DNA from: Amphiscolops sp. MND2022 | Taxonomy: Eukaryota | Direction of reading: 5' to 3' | NCBI GenBank assembly: GCA_964187785.1 | Contig: OZ076409.1 | Coordinates: 39,806,001-39,870,000, forward strand | Length of the DNA stretch: 64,000 nucleotides | Shown here: positions 12,201 through 25,100 of the stretch, piece after piece | Position numbering within the stretch: position 1 is the stretch's first letter | How the letters are laid out: each line of letters starts with the position of its first letter | Notes under the pieces: model-generated | The model's input: the letters and a program-made list of their open reading frames with translations, nothing else | Database searches by the model: none | What the model was told of the DNA's origin: nothing | Position numbers and translations under genes: made by a program

Positions 12201-15200
12201 GGCAAGTTACATAGTGCCGAAAACCTTGAGCAGTGCTTTATGCTCGCAAAACGTTTCGTTTCTAGTAAAAATTGAGGGGGCTTTGATGAAAACAAATTAG
12301 AAAAAAAGTCGCATAGAAAAAACAGCGGTCTTTAAAAAAAAACAAAAATCGGATATAGCGTGCTGGGCCTGAGAAAACCTAATTTTAAGACAAAAATTAT
12401 TCGATTTGAAAAATCTCACAATGCCGAAAACTGTAAAGGGGGGGCACTTTGAGATTTTTTAACATCCATTCTTTTGCAAAATAGAAAAAAAATGAAGGGG
12501 ACCCTTTGGGGACATTGAAAGAATTTGCAGTCTCACAAAGCAGAAATAACATGCACAAAAAAATTTGGTCAAGGGCGAGACTCGAACCCACGTCCTTCTG
12601 CTTGGCAGACCTCAAAAAATGCTAATTAACCTCTATGCCAAGTGCCCGAAGTTGCGACTTGCACGGCCACAAATTCAGACTATGCGACTTGCGGTCTGAA
12701 ACGAGAGAGTTGTCGCGCGGAAAAAAAGCACCCGCACTTTCCCATAACACTTGCTTATCGCAAGTGTAATTAACACCATATGCTGACAACGACTCCCTAG
12801 AACTGTTCACATTTTAAGAGTGATAGAGCTGGATCAAAGCAAAAGATACTCTACACTTTTTGATACTACGAATTTATCGAACTCTTCGTCTAAATTAAAG
12901 TCAAAAGCATAGTTTTGAAAATTTTATTTGACACTAATTAGTTTGACGCACTCACATATATATCTTCACATTTTGACTACAGGGCTTCCTTTTGTTCAAT
13001 TAATGTACATACTTTGATATAGCAATGGACAATCTATAGCACAAAAAAAACGAAACAATGGAATTTCTCAGAAAGTACGACAGATGAGTACTTCGAAAAA
13101 TGAGAATGGCTAGGCTTGAACTTATGATACCCTACTGCATGAAAATACACAAGAAAATAATTGTAAATGACTTACCGGAGCAATCATACCAGCAATCGAG
13201 CATGAGCTGGGACAACTCGTCAAGTTCTTCGTCTCTCACTTTCACCTGCTGGAATTCTTCAGCCATTGAAATTATCTTGAGGATCTCGGTCTCGAAAACA
13301 TTGCCATTCATGTGCTCATTCACCAGAACAATTGTATGAAAATTGATGTAGTAATGAGACGCAGTTCTTCCAAGGTCAGTGGGGTAAAGGTATCCAGTAC
13401 TTTCGATGTACCTGGTCATTTTAGCATCATCCAATTGCTTGGCTGCGTGAACAATCAATTCCCTGCGATGATTGATCAAGTCGGGGTCTTTCATGTACTC
13501 AGTATAGTTGACGCCGTATGCTAACGGGTTACCCTTCATTCTGATCAGAAGATAAGTGTAGCTCAACCATTGGATGGCCTCGTCAATGCTGTTAACAGTG
13601 CCAAGCACTATTTCGGCATTCAAGTGATCTGTTAAACTCTCAACGTACTGAGACTCAATTGGTGTTTGACGGGTTAGCAAGTTCAAATAATGACTGAGTT
13701 TGCTGTAAGTTGTCAATATATACGCTTCTCCAAACGTGTCATACTGGGGTCTTCCGGCACGGCCGAAAATTTGCAGCACGTCCAAGATCCCAATATCTAC
13801 AAACGAACTTTTCTGTGCATCGTAATACTGAGTGCCTTTGATGACAACGGCATGAGCAGGTAAATTGACACCCCAGGCTAAAGTAGCCGTGCACACCAAA
13901 ACTCGGATATGACCTTTTGCAAAGTTTCGCTCCACAATATTTCGATCTTGACGAAGCATTCCAGCATGATGAACACTGAAACCGTATCCGAACAATTCTT
14001 TCAATTCTTTATTGCGAGACCTTTCAAACTCTTTTCTAGCACTAATATACTCTGGTTTCCATGTTTCAGCCAGAAACATCGAATGTTCGTTTCGATGGGT
14101 CGCCCTCTCTTTGAGTGCTTGGGCTGTTTTGACTGTTCCGGAACGCGAATGTACAAAAACCATACACTGGTAACCTCGTTCTATCACATTTTTGACCTTT
14201 TCGTAACAAACGTCATCAAGATCGATCATTTGCTGCATAATGTTTATAGCTTTGATCCCAATGAACGTTTGACTCAAAGGAACAGGTCGGAAACGCCCAT
14301 CAAAGTAAAAGAGTCCTTTGTAAGGATCAACTCGTAAGAACCTCGCCACATCTAGGTAATTTGGAAGTGTCGCTGAAAGAGCAACCAATCTAATTCGACT
14401 TTGGGTGGATTCAATCTGCCTCAAGGTTCGAGCCACTAGGGTCTCGATGACGGATCCACGATCTTCATGTAGTAAATGGACTTCATCAATGATCAACAAT
14501 TTCACACTTTGCACCAAACTCAAATCCCCGGTTCCTTTTCTTGTAACCACGTCCCATTTTTCAGGAGTCGTGACTAGCATCTGGGTTTTCATTATCTCTG
14601 ATTTGCTCAATTGCATGTCACCTGTCAGCTCTTTGACAGCTAAACCTAAGGGGGCCAAACGTTTACCAAAATTCTCAGTCATCTCAGCAGCCAGAGCTTT
14701 CATAGGGGCAACGTAAATTATTTTGAAATCTTTGTCTTCCAAAGATCCGTCACTTTTCACATGCTGGCCAACTTCATGCAGAATTGCCAAAAGGGCTATG
14801 TTCGTTTTACCAGCCCCTGTGGGAGCACTTATGAGCAGATTATCTGCAGTGAACAGCGCAGCTTTGTGTACAACAGATTGAATCAAATTCAATTCCTTGA
14901 ATCCCTGAAACGCTTTTTGGGCAAAATCGGGCAGAGAAGAAATCTTGACTCTGTCTTTTCCAACCTCCGTTGGAGGCTGCTTGCTCGGTGGGATGTGAAC
15001 TTCTTCCTTTATCTTGTCACTTTCGTACTTTGTGTCTTTTGGGAGCATTATTCTGGCAGACCCGAGGAGGGCCGCTTTTTGGGCAACTTCCAGCCTCAGA
15101 TCGTAAACGTGAGGATATCGGATAGCACTAGTATCCACAGTTGGATCACGCAGTGTTGGCTTCGACTGTGCAACTACCAATTTCATTTGAGACGATGCAA

Positions 15201-18200
15201 ACGATTTGGCACTGTCTTCTAAAAACACAAATATGGAAAGAACGTTTTCACCTCTATATTAGTGTACATAGACGCATTTGAAATTAATTTGCACATTGAA
15301 ATGATCTGCTCAGACCTCTCTTTCTCATTCTACCATCTTGCTCACTGCGAGACAGTTTTGAAGGTCAGATATACTGACTGACAAGAAATGATACAGCCTT
15401 CGTGCGAAAGCGGCAAGGCAAAGACTCTTTTGCGGAAAATATCTTAGTGCTCGAGTTCATTTCAGTTTAACCGGTCAACACAGTTTCACTCATTTCCATG
15501 AGAAAAACAAATGAAAAAATCAACAAACAGGAAAAATGACAAAAGTGAAACTTTACCGTACTCACCCATAGTGTCAAACGAGTTTCCGACCGCCTTGCGG
15601 AATTTTTTCTCTTCTTTTCTCACATGTTTTCTCATTTCCTTTTCCTCTTCAGACTGGACTACAATCTGACACCCAGCACCAGATACGTGAGTAGGCTTGG
15701 GAAGAAGTTTGCGAAGAACTGTAGGGTCCGATAGCACTGTTTGACGGATCATGGCTTTAGATTTCTCTTCATTTTTCGATTTGAAATCATCTTCCGTCAA
15801 AACAATGGCATCGCGGTGCGTCAAGATTTCTCCGACCAGGTCCACCCTGGTTAAGAAACACACTGATTATGTCTCCTATAGCAATAAACGGCATGAAAAA
15901 AGCCCAAAATACAATACACAAATCAGAACAATGAATGTCTCTACAAAAAACAAGGGCGTATCACAGATCCATCAATCAAGAGTTGAAACTAGTCAACTCG
16001 GGTTACAAAAATGGCGCGTGTACGACATTCATTTCGTTATAACAACACGTCGTTACGAAAAGTTTATATGAAACTATTCTGTCTAATGAAAAATTTTGTT
16101 GTAACCAGAAGACACGAATTTAGAAGATTAGATTAAAGAATTAAATAGTTTCTGCTCGAAAGTTCAACATCTCAATTCCCACGATGCATATTACCTATTG
16201 AATTGTTTCGCTATTCCCAAATTACTTTAACACGCTCCGAACGTGCTTTGTTGGAAACATGCCCCAGTTGCTGCAGATGGACAAGGCCTTGACTGACTGT
16301 CTTGAATGTATTTCCAACGTCCGCATCGAGAGAGATACCGCCTTACACATTCTTCCTGTCAAGAACGGAGGTTTCGGAATTCCACAGTCGTCTATTATCT
16401 GCTCTGCTGTATATCTTTCCTCAGTTTTCAAATCGCAAAGTGTAGTAGGCCTTATTCTTGGCGCTAACCCCGACAACTCGGTTATGTTAAACGATGCCCT
16501 GGCTCACAGGGCAAAATTTAGCAGAAGGCGTGCTTCCCCAAGTTTTGAGCTATATCCAAAAGATATGGTTATCGCCAGTCTATACCAAAATCCAGTCGAA
16601 AATTTCTGAAACAACAACAGCCCTCCTGAATGGCGTTTCAGCACCCGGCGCAAGCGATTGGTTGAATGCTGTACCATCTTCTACTAATGGCCTCCGGCTA
16701 GAAAGCAGACAGTTTCAGATAGCCGCTGGTCTCCGTTTGGGAGCTTCAGTTTGTACTAAACACACTTGTGTGTGCGGTTCCCAAGTCGAGGCTTCAGGCA
16801 ACCATGCCCTTGTCTGCGCAAAACTCAAAGGGAGGCATATGCGACACAGACTTGCAAATGACATTGTGAAACACTCTTTTGCAACAGCAGAGCTGCCCTC
16901 CACACTTGAACCCTCCGGTCTCTGTATTTCGAACGCAAAGCGACCTGACGGTTTAACATTACTCCCCTACAGTAGGGGCAAGGCTTTAGTTTGGGATTTC
17001 ATCTTGTTCACCGACTTGCAGCTTCTCATACAGGGTTGAGTAATCATGTTGGAGCAACAGTAGAACAAGCGGGGTCTAGAAAGTTGAGAACTCATCAAGA
17101 ATTGGAGCAAAACTATACTGTACAGCCTATTGCAATTGAATCACTTGGCGGCATCGGCCCAGATTCATTTAAATTCCTGAAAGACTTGGGAAGAAGGATG
17201 AGTTTAGTCTACGGGAACACTTTAGAACCAGCCTTCCTCCGTCAAAGACTTGCATTTGCAATCCAGCGTGGTAACGCTGCCTGCATTTTAGGAAACCTAC
17301 AGTCGCTATACTCGGACAACAAAGACTGTTAACCCAGTTTTTTTGACATATTACTATTTTCCCCTATCTATGTTTCCATCTGTTTACTTGCTTGAATGAA
17401 CTGCTTCTATTAATTTTATAACACTGTTGTTTTTTTATAATTTAGAATAGATATTACATGCCCCGGCGTGAAATTGCGAACAGTTTGGAAAGCGTCCATT
17501 CCACATTTAGGTGGTTAGGATTACCGTTAACCGATCGTAAACGGTTAAAATTCAACTTCTTGATAACCGTCGTCGTCCATTCGCTGTAAACGACGGAATC
17601 CTGACCTGTTTGGGCTGAAACATCGTGATTATTTCGTTATAACGCGCAGTGGACTATAAATACTTCCAAAAGCATACATTATTTGAAATTGTCTAACCTG
17701 TCGAGTCCCACAAGCTCCACGAGGTCAGATTGTAGGTCATCAGTTGCCTTCACGCTTTTCAACAGCTGCATGATGGCGTTGCACATGTCCGAAGAGCTCA
17801 TCCCTATTGCAGACAAGTCTGACTGGGGAAACCTTTGCTTCACTTGGGAGACTAGCCATTGGTAGGAGTGGAAGAACTGTTCGTCATTTGCATTCGCCGA
17901 CATTCCACTTTGCATCAAGTGGCTATCGTCGAGGTTGCATTTAACTTTGGCGGTTAACCCCGGGAATGTATTCAGAGAGATAGCGCTTCCAAAAGGTTTA
18001 TCCATTAGGTCTTTGCTTTTAGGGGGCGAATCCATCTCGCTCCATTTAATGATACCAATCATGGATAGTTTTTCAATCTCTTCCACTAAATTGGATGCAC
18101 GATTGATGGGGTTGTCAGAATAATCACCGAAATAGAGCCGCAGTTGCTGCTTTTGTTCGTTTGAAACGTATTTTGTTCCTCGTAACGTTTTCACAAGGTA

Positions 18201-19393
18201 CACAACACCAGCTTGTATTTGAGATGTGTCGACTTCTTTTCCGAGCAATTCCTTAACGATATTTTTGCGATTTGTATATCAAAGACAACAATTGAAACAT
18301 TAAAACTCAACTAATTTCATTTTGATAAAAATTGACTTCTTGAAAACTAATCGAAGGTGATTTAGGGCTCTTCAATAAACGGTATAACAAACTCAATTAC
18401 ACCCACAAGGTTGAATAAGAAGACGGGAACGTCCCAAGTCGGCGCCATATCTAAGACTCAAAAATATTCAAGGAACAACTATTGGAAACATTTGGAAATT
18501 TTTTCTCAAAGTTTTTTTTAAAAAAAGTCGCATAATGCCGAAAAACTCAAAAAGAGGCCATTTAGTCTCATTAAACGTTTTTACAAACCGAAAACTTCAA
18601 AAAAATGCAAGGGGTACCCTTTGATAGAATTCGAAAATTTTCGACAAAAAGTCGCATAGTGCCGAAAAAAAACCAACGGGGGACCCTTTGGTCTTGCCTC
18701 TACTTTTGGAAGCATAAAAAATTGTGGTTTAGTGCGAGAATCGAACCCACGATCTCCTGCTTCTCAGAAAATTAGTTGAGCAAATGAACAAAAGATTGTA
18801 AAAAAATGGACCATTCAGAGTGAGATTGTAAGCTGAAAAAGAAAAACTACCCACTGTAATAGTCGGGCTTTTTTCCTTAAGGGAAAAGGCGCCGACTAAA
18901 AATACATGGGTTAACAACTTCATTATAGAAACATACATTTAATAAGAGATATTTACCATGACTGTTTCATAGAACAAAAATTTTTAAAAGTAACAATACT
19001 TACCTTTGAAGTATCACAAAACTTCTTCAGAACTGTAGTAACTTCGCCATGTCTAGAAGCAGGTACTTGGACCCTGATGAACTCACAAAGCGAGTTCCAA
19101 GACCAGCTGTCACTCTGACGTTCCTCTTGTTGCGCTCTTTTGAATTCATACAACTCAGATTTTGATCGAAAGCCACCCGCCTTAAGGGCCTCAGCATCTA
19201 CTGTGTCAGTATCGAGAGAGGAACCAAGATTGGATGAAGTAGAATCATTAGTTCCAGACGCGAAAAAGCTCAATAACTGCGGGTAAGATATTTCAACAGC
19301 GGCAATGTCAAAAGGTAAGGAGTAATTGTCGACATCGCCAATGTTGGGGTTCTGATTTTCGTGAAAACTGTCACTCGACCCCCCTTCAGCCAT
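2404..19393 (-). CDS. ASCC3: Activating signal cointegrator 1 complex subunit 3 (Ski2-like tandem-cassette DExH helicase), multi-exon, 3' end beyond the left window edge
   Basis: Phase-compatible GT-AG exons: 19393-19004, 18251-17698, 15846-15557, 15218-13176, 11889-11184, 8842-8553, 8358-8024. The last exons are duplicated at 5749-5561 (partial), 3222-2933 and 2738-2404. Motifs: [18 protein letters not shown] and [12 protein letters not shown] in cassette 1; a Sec63 region; APTGSGKT and DEIH in cassette 2; ASCC3-type YPHVYD and [16 protein letters not shown]. Confidence 0.93.
3560..3975. mobile_element. HINE-like element, family 3, with ~55-bp internal tandem repeats (duplicate ~9180-9595; related end at 1-1100)
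   Basis: Terminal hairpin attcctgctatcgctgaaat is shared with 1079-1100, and sequence 3855-3945 matches 15-100. Confidence 0.45.
8024..8842 (-). pseudogene. ASCC3: Upstream duplicate copy of two ASCC3 C-cassette exons (8842-8553, 8358-8024); the second has an in-frame TGA
   Basis: Essentially identical to 3222-2933 and 2738-2404, except CGA>TGA at 8315-8317 (LVRERV becomes LV*ERV) and a silent change at 8626. Confidence 0.75.
11184..11889 (-). CDS. ASCC3: ASCC3 exon encoding the first Sec63 domain
   Basis: Peptides [22 protein letters not shown] and WWLWVEDPE. Acceptor tttcag and donor AG|gttaaa. Confidence 0.9.
13176..15218 (-). CDS. ASCC3: ASCC3 large exon encoding the N-terminal helicase cassette
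   Basis: ORF 13132-15228. Acceptor ttttag at 15219-15220 and donor G|gtaagt at 13175. Confidence 0.93.
16085..17450 (+). mobile_element. 5'-truncated CRE-clade non-LTR retrotransposon (zinc knuckle plus restriction-like endonuclease), antisense in an ASCC3 intron
   Basis: Frameshifted peptides [33 protein letters not shown]...[30 protein letters not shown]. Confidence 0.85.
18417..18900. mobile_element. HINE-like family 1 copy in an ASCC3 intron
   Basis: aagacgggaacgtcccaagtcggcgcc ... agtcgggc...ggcgccgactaa; carries a tRNA B-box-like segment. Confidence 0.6.
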
Positions 19394-19504
19394 CCCTAAC
19401 CTGGAAATTCAAAGGAACAAAATTAAACTAGTGAGTCAAAACTTCTTTTCTCATTTCAAGCTGCTCTGTGAGGAAGGTTTTAGAGTGAAGTAAATCAGAA
19501 TTAA

Positions 19505-20221
19505 CCGTAAATAGCATGGGCGTTTGTGCCAATTTTCGAAAATTTCGGAAACATTTTTCAACCGGTAATATCTCCCCATACGCATACCAGAGAAATGAAT
19601 TGCAGCGCGTTTGAAAGGTCTAATACTGAGCTTTCATTTTGTTTTAGTGAGCCCCAGTCGCCGCGTGCCCCTTTGTTAAAACTTACTTTTTCCGGTACCG
19701 CCTACTTCGGGAGCTTGTAGTAACAACATATTATTCGGTTTTGTTGCAAAAGGTCTTGTTGTAAAAGGATTTGGGGATGCCTTCCTTTATGGGTCAAGAA
19801 CTTTTGAGAAAATTGAATTTTCCCACAAAGGGAAATTTGGAAAAGTTCAACCTTTTTTCGCAAGACAAAGCCACTTTTCTCAGCGTCGAAGAAAACTTCA
19901 CTTTTGCTAATGCTTGTGCTGTTCGGACCAAACACGGTACAAATGTTAAATAAAAACTGCCAAACAAGATGGGCTTCTGGTAAAACGATTCAGAAGTTTA
20001 CACAAAAAATGTATGCTCCTTCTTAGTAACGCAATGCAATTTAAGCCACTTTTCTCAGCGTCGGAGAAAACTTCACTCTTGCTAATGCTTATGCTGTTCG
20101 GACCAAACACGGTACAAATGTTAAATAAAAACTGCCAAACAAGATGGGCTTCTGGTAAAACGATTCAGAAGTTTACACAAAAAATGTATGCTCCTTCTTA
20201 GTAACGCAATGCAATTTAAGG
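19505..20221. mobile_element. piggyBac-like non-autonomous element containing a ~175-bp internal tandem duplication (19868-20220)
   Basis: TTAA|ccgtaaa ... tttaagg|TTAA. Confidence 0.5.
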
Positions 20222-20437
20222 TTAAAACAACAATTGCTCAACCCAACAGAGACCTCCCAGTTCTAACAATTTTAGTTTCCAAAAATTTCATTTCAAAGAC
20301 ACAGTAAATGAAACTTTTTCCCAATTTAACGAGCCACATTTGTTGGTAAGGAGTGAAGAGCATTTGTATTCTCTAGAAGTATCCGAACATCAACAAAATT
20401 AACCAGCTGATAAAATGCACCAAAAATATTCCACAAA

Positions 20438-21003
20438 ACAAGCCAGGAATGGCATGTCGGCGCCATATCTAAGGCTCAAACATAGCAAAAGTATTTCAAA
20501 GTGTGAAGAGTTTTTAACAGTACCCGAAAAACCCAAAAATTGGACCGAATTGGCGCGCTAAGAGGGAGACCCTTTGGGATTTTTCAACATTTCTGTCACA
20601 AAACATCAGAAAAAATTGAGAGGGACCCTTTGGAGTCATTAAAAATTTTTCGTCAAAAAGTCTCTCTTTGAGCCTGAAAAACTGAAAGGGGACCATTTGG
20701 GATTTTTCAACATCCATTCTGTCACAAAACATCAAAAAAAGTGATGAGGGACCCTTTTTTCGAAAAAAGTCTCAATGCCGAAAATAACTGAAAGGGGGGA
20801 CACTCTGGTCTCTCGCCCCGCATTGTATGTTACGCGGAAAAAGAATAACTTTTATATTTCAGTTACTTGTGCCAAATTTCTGACTAATTTGCCAATTTGT
20901 AAAATTGCCATAATTTTGGCATTCGGCATGAAATGGTCAGTTTGTGTGGGTTGAAAAAAAGTCACTATAATAGTCGAGTTTCACTTCATGAAGCGTCGAC
21001 TAA
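20438..21003 (+). mobile_element. HINE-like family 1 copy
   Basis: acaagccaggaatggcatgtcggcgcc ... agtcgag...gcgtcgactaa. Confidence 0.55.
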
Positions 21004-21011
21004 AAACTTAC

Positions 21012-21046
21012 CTCACTGTGCGAGTCATTCCCGACTCTTTGTAGAG
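21012..21046 (-). CDS. Candidate 35-nt ASCC3 micro-exon with an upstream ATG (MTRTVR-LG-MAE...)
   Basis: Reads ttag|CTCTAC...GTGAG|gtaagt on the minus strand. The ATG at 21028 splices in phase 2, in frame, to the acceptor at 19401 (exon begins G TTA GGG ATG). Confidence 0.45.
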
Positions 21047-21130
21047 CTAAATTTTGCATATAAAAACCAACTTATTGTACGCTTTCGGGCAACAAATGAT
21101 TATTTCAATTCATTCTACGCCATTTGATTT

Positions 21131-21909
21131 TTAGTCGGCGCTTCATGAAGTGAAACGCGACTATTATAGTGATTTTTTTTTCAATCCACACGAACTGACC
21201 AAAATAGTTCTTGAAAGTTCTACAAAATATTATTGCACCATTTGGCCTAGCGAACTGAACCAAAAAGGTTTTTCCGCGTAACATGCCATACCGGGCGAGA
21301 CCAAAGGGTCCCCCCTTTCAATTTTTTTTGGCACTGCGAGACTTTTTTCCCCAAAGGGTCCCCCCTTCAATTTTTTTGCTGTTTTGCGACAGAATGTTGA
21401 AAAACCCCAAAGGCCCCCCTTTCAGTTTTTCGGCATTGTGAGACTTTCTTCTAAAAATTTTTTCTCTTCAAAGGGTCCCCCTTCAATTTCTTTGATATTT
21501 TACAACAGATTGGGGTTTAAAAATCCCAAAGGGTCCCCCCTTTGTTTTTCGGCATTGTGAGACTTTTTTTCCGCGATGAACACAATCCGCGATGAACACG
21601 ATGCACTGTTTGACTAGAATACGGTTGGCTCTCGTTTTACGGAAAATACACTTTACACTGGATGATAAAGTCCACTTTTGCGGCATATGTATCGTAATGG
21701 TCCCCCCTTCAACTGCGACAAAAATGTTGACAATTTCGGAAGTGTCCCCCTTTTAGCGCGCCAGGGGTTCGCGCTAGCGGGCCTCGGCGCGCCACTCGGT
21801 CCATTTTTTTGGGTTTTCGATTTTTGAGTACTGTAAATTGACACTTGGAAGTCCTTTTGCTATTTTTGAGCCTTGGATATGGCGGCGATTTGGGCCGGTC
21901 CCGGCTTGT
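21131..21909 (-). mobile_element. HINE-like family 1 copy, inverted relative to 20438-21003
   Basis: ttagtcggcgc ... ggccggtcccggcttgt; internal subrepeats in reverse orientation. Confidence 0.6.
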
Positions 21910-22199
21910 CAGTTAAAAGCAGAGGTTTGACCACTGGTTTAGCTTATCGGTAATAATATCATAAAACTCAATGTAAGACCATGAGATGGCATTTCAAAAA
22001 AACGTATTCCATTCAATTCTCATACGAGATAAACTCAGAAACTTCGCATATTTTAAGGGCCGTACAAGGAAAATTTTGACAGGATGTTATTTTCATTCGG
22101 TATATTCGTACGGTAAAAAACATTTGGCCTAGCAAGCACGCTATATAATTTTGACATTATACCCGAAGTAAATTGCGTTTTACTCAGGAGGCCGAAGTT

Positions 22200-25100
22200 T
22201 AAAAAAAGCGCTCCCGCGTGACCCAATTTCGACAAGTTTTTTTCAAAAGTTGGGTTTTCTGATGTTTCGAGTTAAATGCGACTTTTCTGGATAAACTCAT
22301 TCTATCAAAGGCTACCCCCTTGGGTTGCATGAAAACTGGAATTTCGGCTGGAAAAAACTTTAGCGAGCCTAAGGGTCCTTTTTCGGTACTATAAGAGGAA
22401 GAGACAAATTTTCGAAAAAAAAATGTTTTGATGTTTCCAGTTGGGGAAAAGCGCACTTTGATTCTATCTATTCGAGTATTTTTTGGTGCTGTAAATTCGA
22501 TAACAATGCCGTGCCTTCGCATATTGAAAAGACTTTGCTATTTTTAAACTTAAGCGGGGCGCCGACTTTGGCCGTTCCCGGCTTGTTTTAGCTTGAAATA
22601 AAGCTAAAAATCATCTTGAGCATATATTAAAGACTCAGCTGTTTATAAGCCTTGAGTGGGCGCCGTTTTGTCGAAACGGCCTCGTCGATTCAACAAAACG
22701 GCACCCACTCAAGGCTCATTAACCGCTAAATCTTTAATATATGCTAAGGGTGATTTTTAGGAAAATTCCCATAAATCTCCAAAGTGCCGAAAAAAACCAA
22801 AGGGCAGATACTTTGGTAAAAGTATAAGCCGAGAACGGCTTAAGTGGTCTTTTCATCAAAAATTCGAAAAACAGTTTCACAGTTCCGAAAATAACTTTTT
22901 TTTCTAATAATTATTTTTCGAAAAAACTCATTTAATCCGAATAAGTATGTGAAAATAGCAATGGGGAGACCCTTTCGACTATTTGCCAATTTGTAAAGTT
23001 TTGGATATTCTGGCATTCGGCATGAAATTGTAATTTCGATCGGATTGAAAAAAAACAGGAAAAGTCACTATAATAGTCACTGATTATTTCATATCATTTC
23101 ATAAAGCGCCGACTAAAAAGTGCACAGTGCCAAAAATGAGACGACTAAAACATCCCTATTGAAGTTTGTCATCGATTGGACCAGTTCAATTTGGAATCGC
23201 AGTAAGTTCGAGAAACTTCACTCGACCAATTTTCTGCTCTTTTCGAGGCAATTCTTGTAGCTGTCAAAAAAACCTCGAGCTTTCCGAAAAAGGTAAGTTT
23301 TTGGAATAAGAATTAGCAACTGGACATCAAGTGATGAAGCAAATTTTTTCACTTCAAATCGGCACCTAAGGACCTCAGAGACTTCCCGAAAGCATCCAAC
23401 GCTTGGACTATGAGTTTTTTCCTTATAGAGAAATATAGTATCTCTATACCTGAACAAAATAATACTGATGACAAGCCGAGAACGGCATAAAGCGGCGCTT
23501 CTCTTAAGGTCAAAAGTACTTCAAAGCGTCAAGGATTCTCTTTCAAATAAATTGTTTCACGGTGCCGAAAAAAAAACAATTATTGAAAAAGCTTTCATCA
23601 GTCCCAAAGGCTTGGAAAATATACTAAAACTTAAAACCCTTAAAACTCGGAAATCGGTTTTCCTTAACTGAAGACCTCAAAAAACCAAAAATTGTGAAAA
23701 AAAAATCAAAAGTTTACTTTTCAAAAACCGAAGGGGACAGAAACCCAAAAATCGAAATATACATCAGGGTACCAAAAAAACTAAAGACAAAGATAAAATG
23801 TCCGAAATGAAAATTGAAGAACAGTGTCGAAAGTACTAAAATGGTCCAAGTTTTTTCCTGACCTAAAAAATTTCGATATTGCATAAAGTTCAAAAATACA
23901 ATGTAATACAAAAACGTTTGTGATTCAAATTAGATTTCAAAACAACAATTACCTGTTATAAATCCATACAGAATCGGAGAGATTTCATCGTACTATTTTT
24001 CCGTTAAATGCAACTTCAAACAATATTGCGCTTCCAAAGATTTCGTCTGCGATATTCGCCGCCTAATTTTTGGTGCTCTAGTATATTAAAAGGGCGTCGG
24101 TGAGCTCAGGGGGTATGTCTATTGATGATGAAATTTCTTTAAAATTTCAAGCAAACGTAGGCCGAGAAGGAGAAAACATCAACTTTGTACACAGAGGCTA
24201 AGCCGTGCTTCGCAAACACTTGCGAATTTTTGAAGAGAAAACCAAATAAGTAATATCATACGGAGAACCAAGTGTTGAGGAGTCTGATAATTTTTGTACT
24301 AATTGATCAATTTAACACAAGACGGGAACGTCTAAAGCCGGCGCTATACTTAAGGTTCAAAAAGCGCAAAGTTTCAAAAATATGCTCAGGACTATTAGGA
24401 TTTAATCAATTTTACAATACCAAAAAACGCGAAGGGATAGGCATCAGACTCGAAAAACACTTTTTCCCAACTGGATACAACAAAGCATCTACTTTTGGAA
24501 CAAAAATTGGGATTTTTTCTTTCGGAAAAACTCCAATAGTACCGAAAAACCTAAAAGGAGACCTATTAACGTCACAGAACGCTTTTTTCAAACCAAAAAC
24601 TTTGTAAAAAGTGAAGGGTACCATTTTACCGAGAAAACTGTTTCGAAAAAGTCGCACAGTGCCGAAAAAAGCCGTACATCTTTTGCCCAGTTATTGAGAA
24701 AACTTTCATCAGCCCGACAGGACTAAAAAGTAAACTAGAGGTTACAATTAAAAGTGAGAAAACGGTTTCGCTCAACCGAAAAATTGCGAAAATTCGTTTT
24801 TTTTTAATTTTTTCTCCAAAAAATGTCTCCGGTGAGTCGCATAGTGCCAAAAAACGTAAGGAGTGACTCTGGGCAAAATTTTATGAAAATAGTATGGACA
24901 GTTTTTGAGAAATTTGAAATTTTCATTTAAAGGTGGGGAGAAAAAAAAACGATACGGTTGCATAAGTAGTCGAAACTTTTTTCCGACTCCTAAAATTAGC
25001 GCATACGCATCGGTTCGAACATGAGACCTCTGGGTTGAAAAGCAAGCATCTTACCACTAGACCATGAAACGAGTTGTCGCGCGGAAAAACAAGCCGGGAC

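Noticed and set aside
13132..15228. SNRNP200/Brr2 or HFM1 as alternative identities for the helicase
   Set aside because: The [16 protein letters not shown] and SRTNFISS signatures and the N-terminal architecture fit ASCC3 better.
15990..17657. Possible Tc1/mariner-like MITE (tagtcaactcg...gcagtggacta) hosting the intronic CRE copy
   Set aside because: The TIR match is short and degenerate and the TSD is unclear, so it is not called as a feature.
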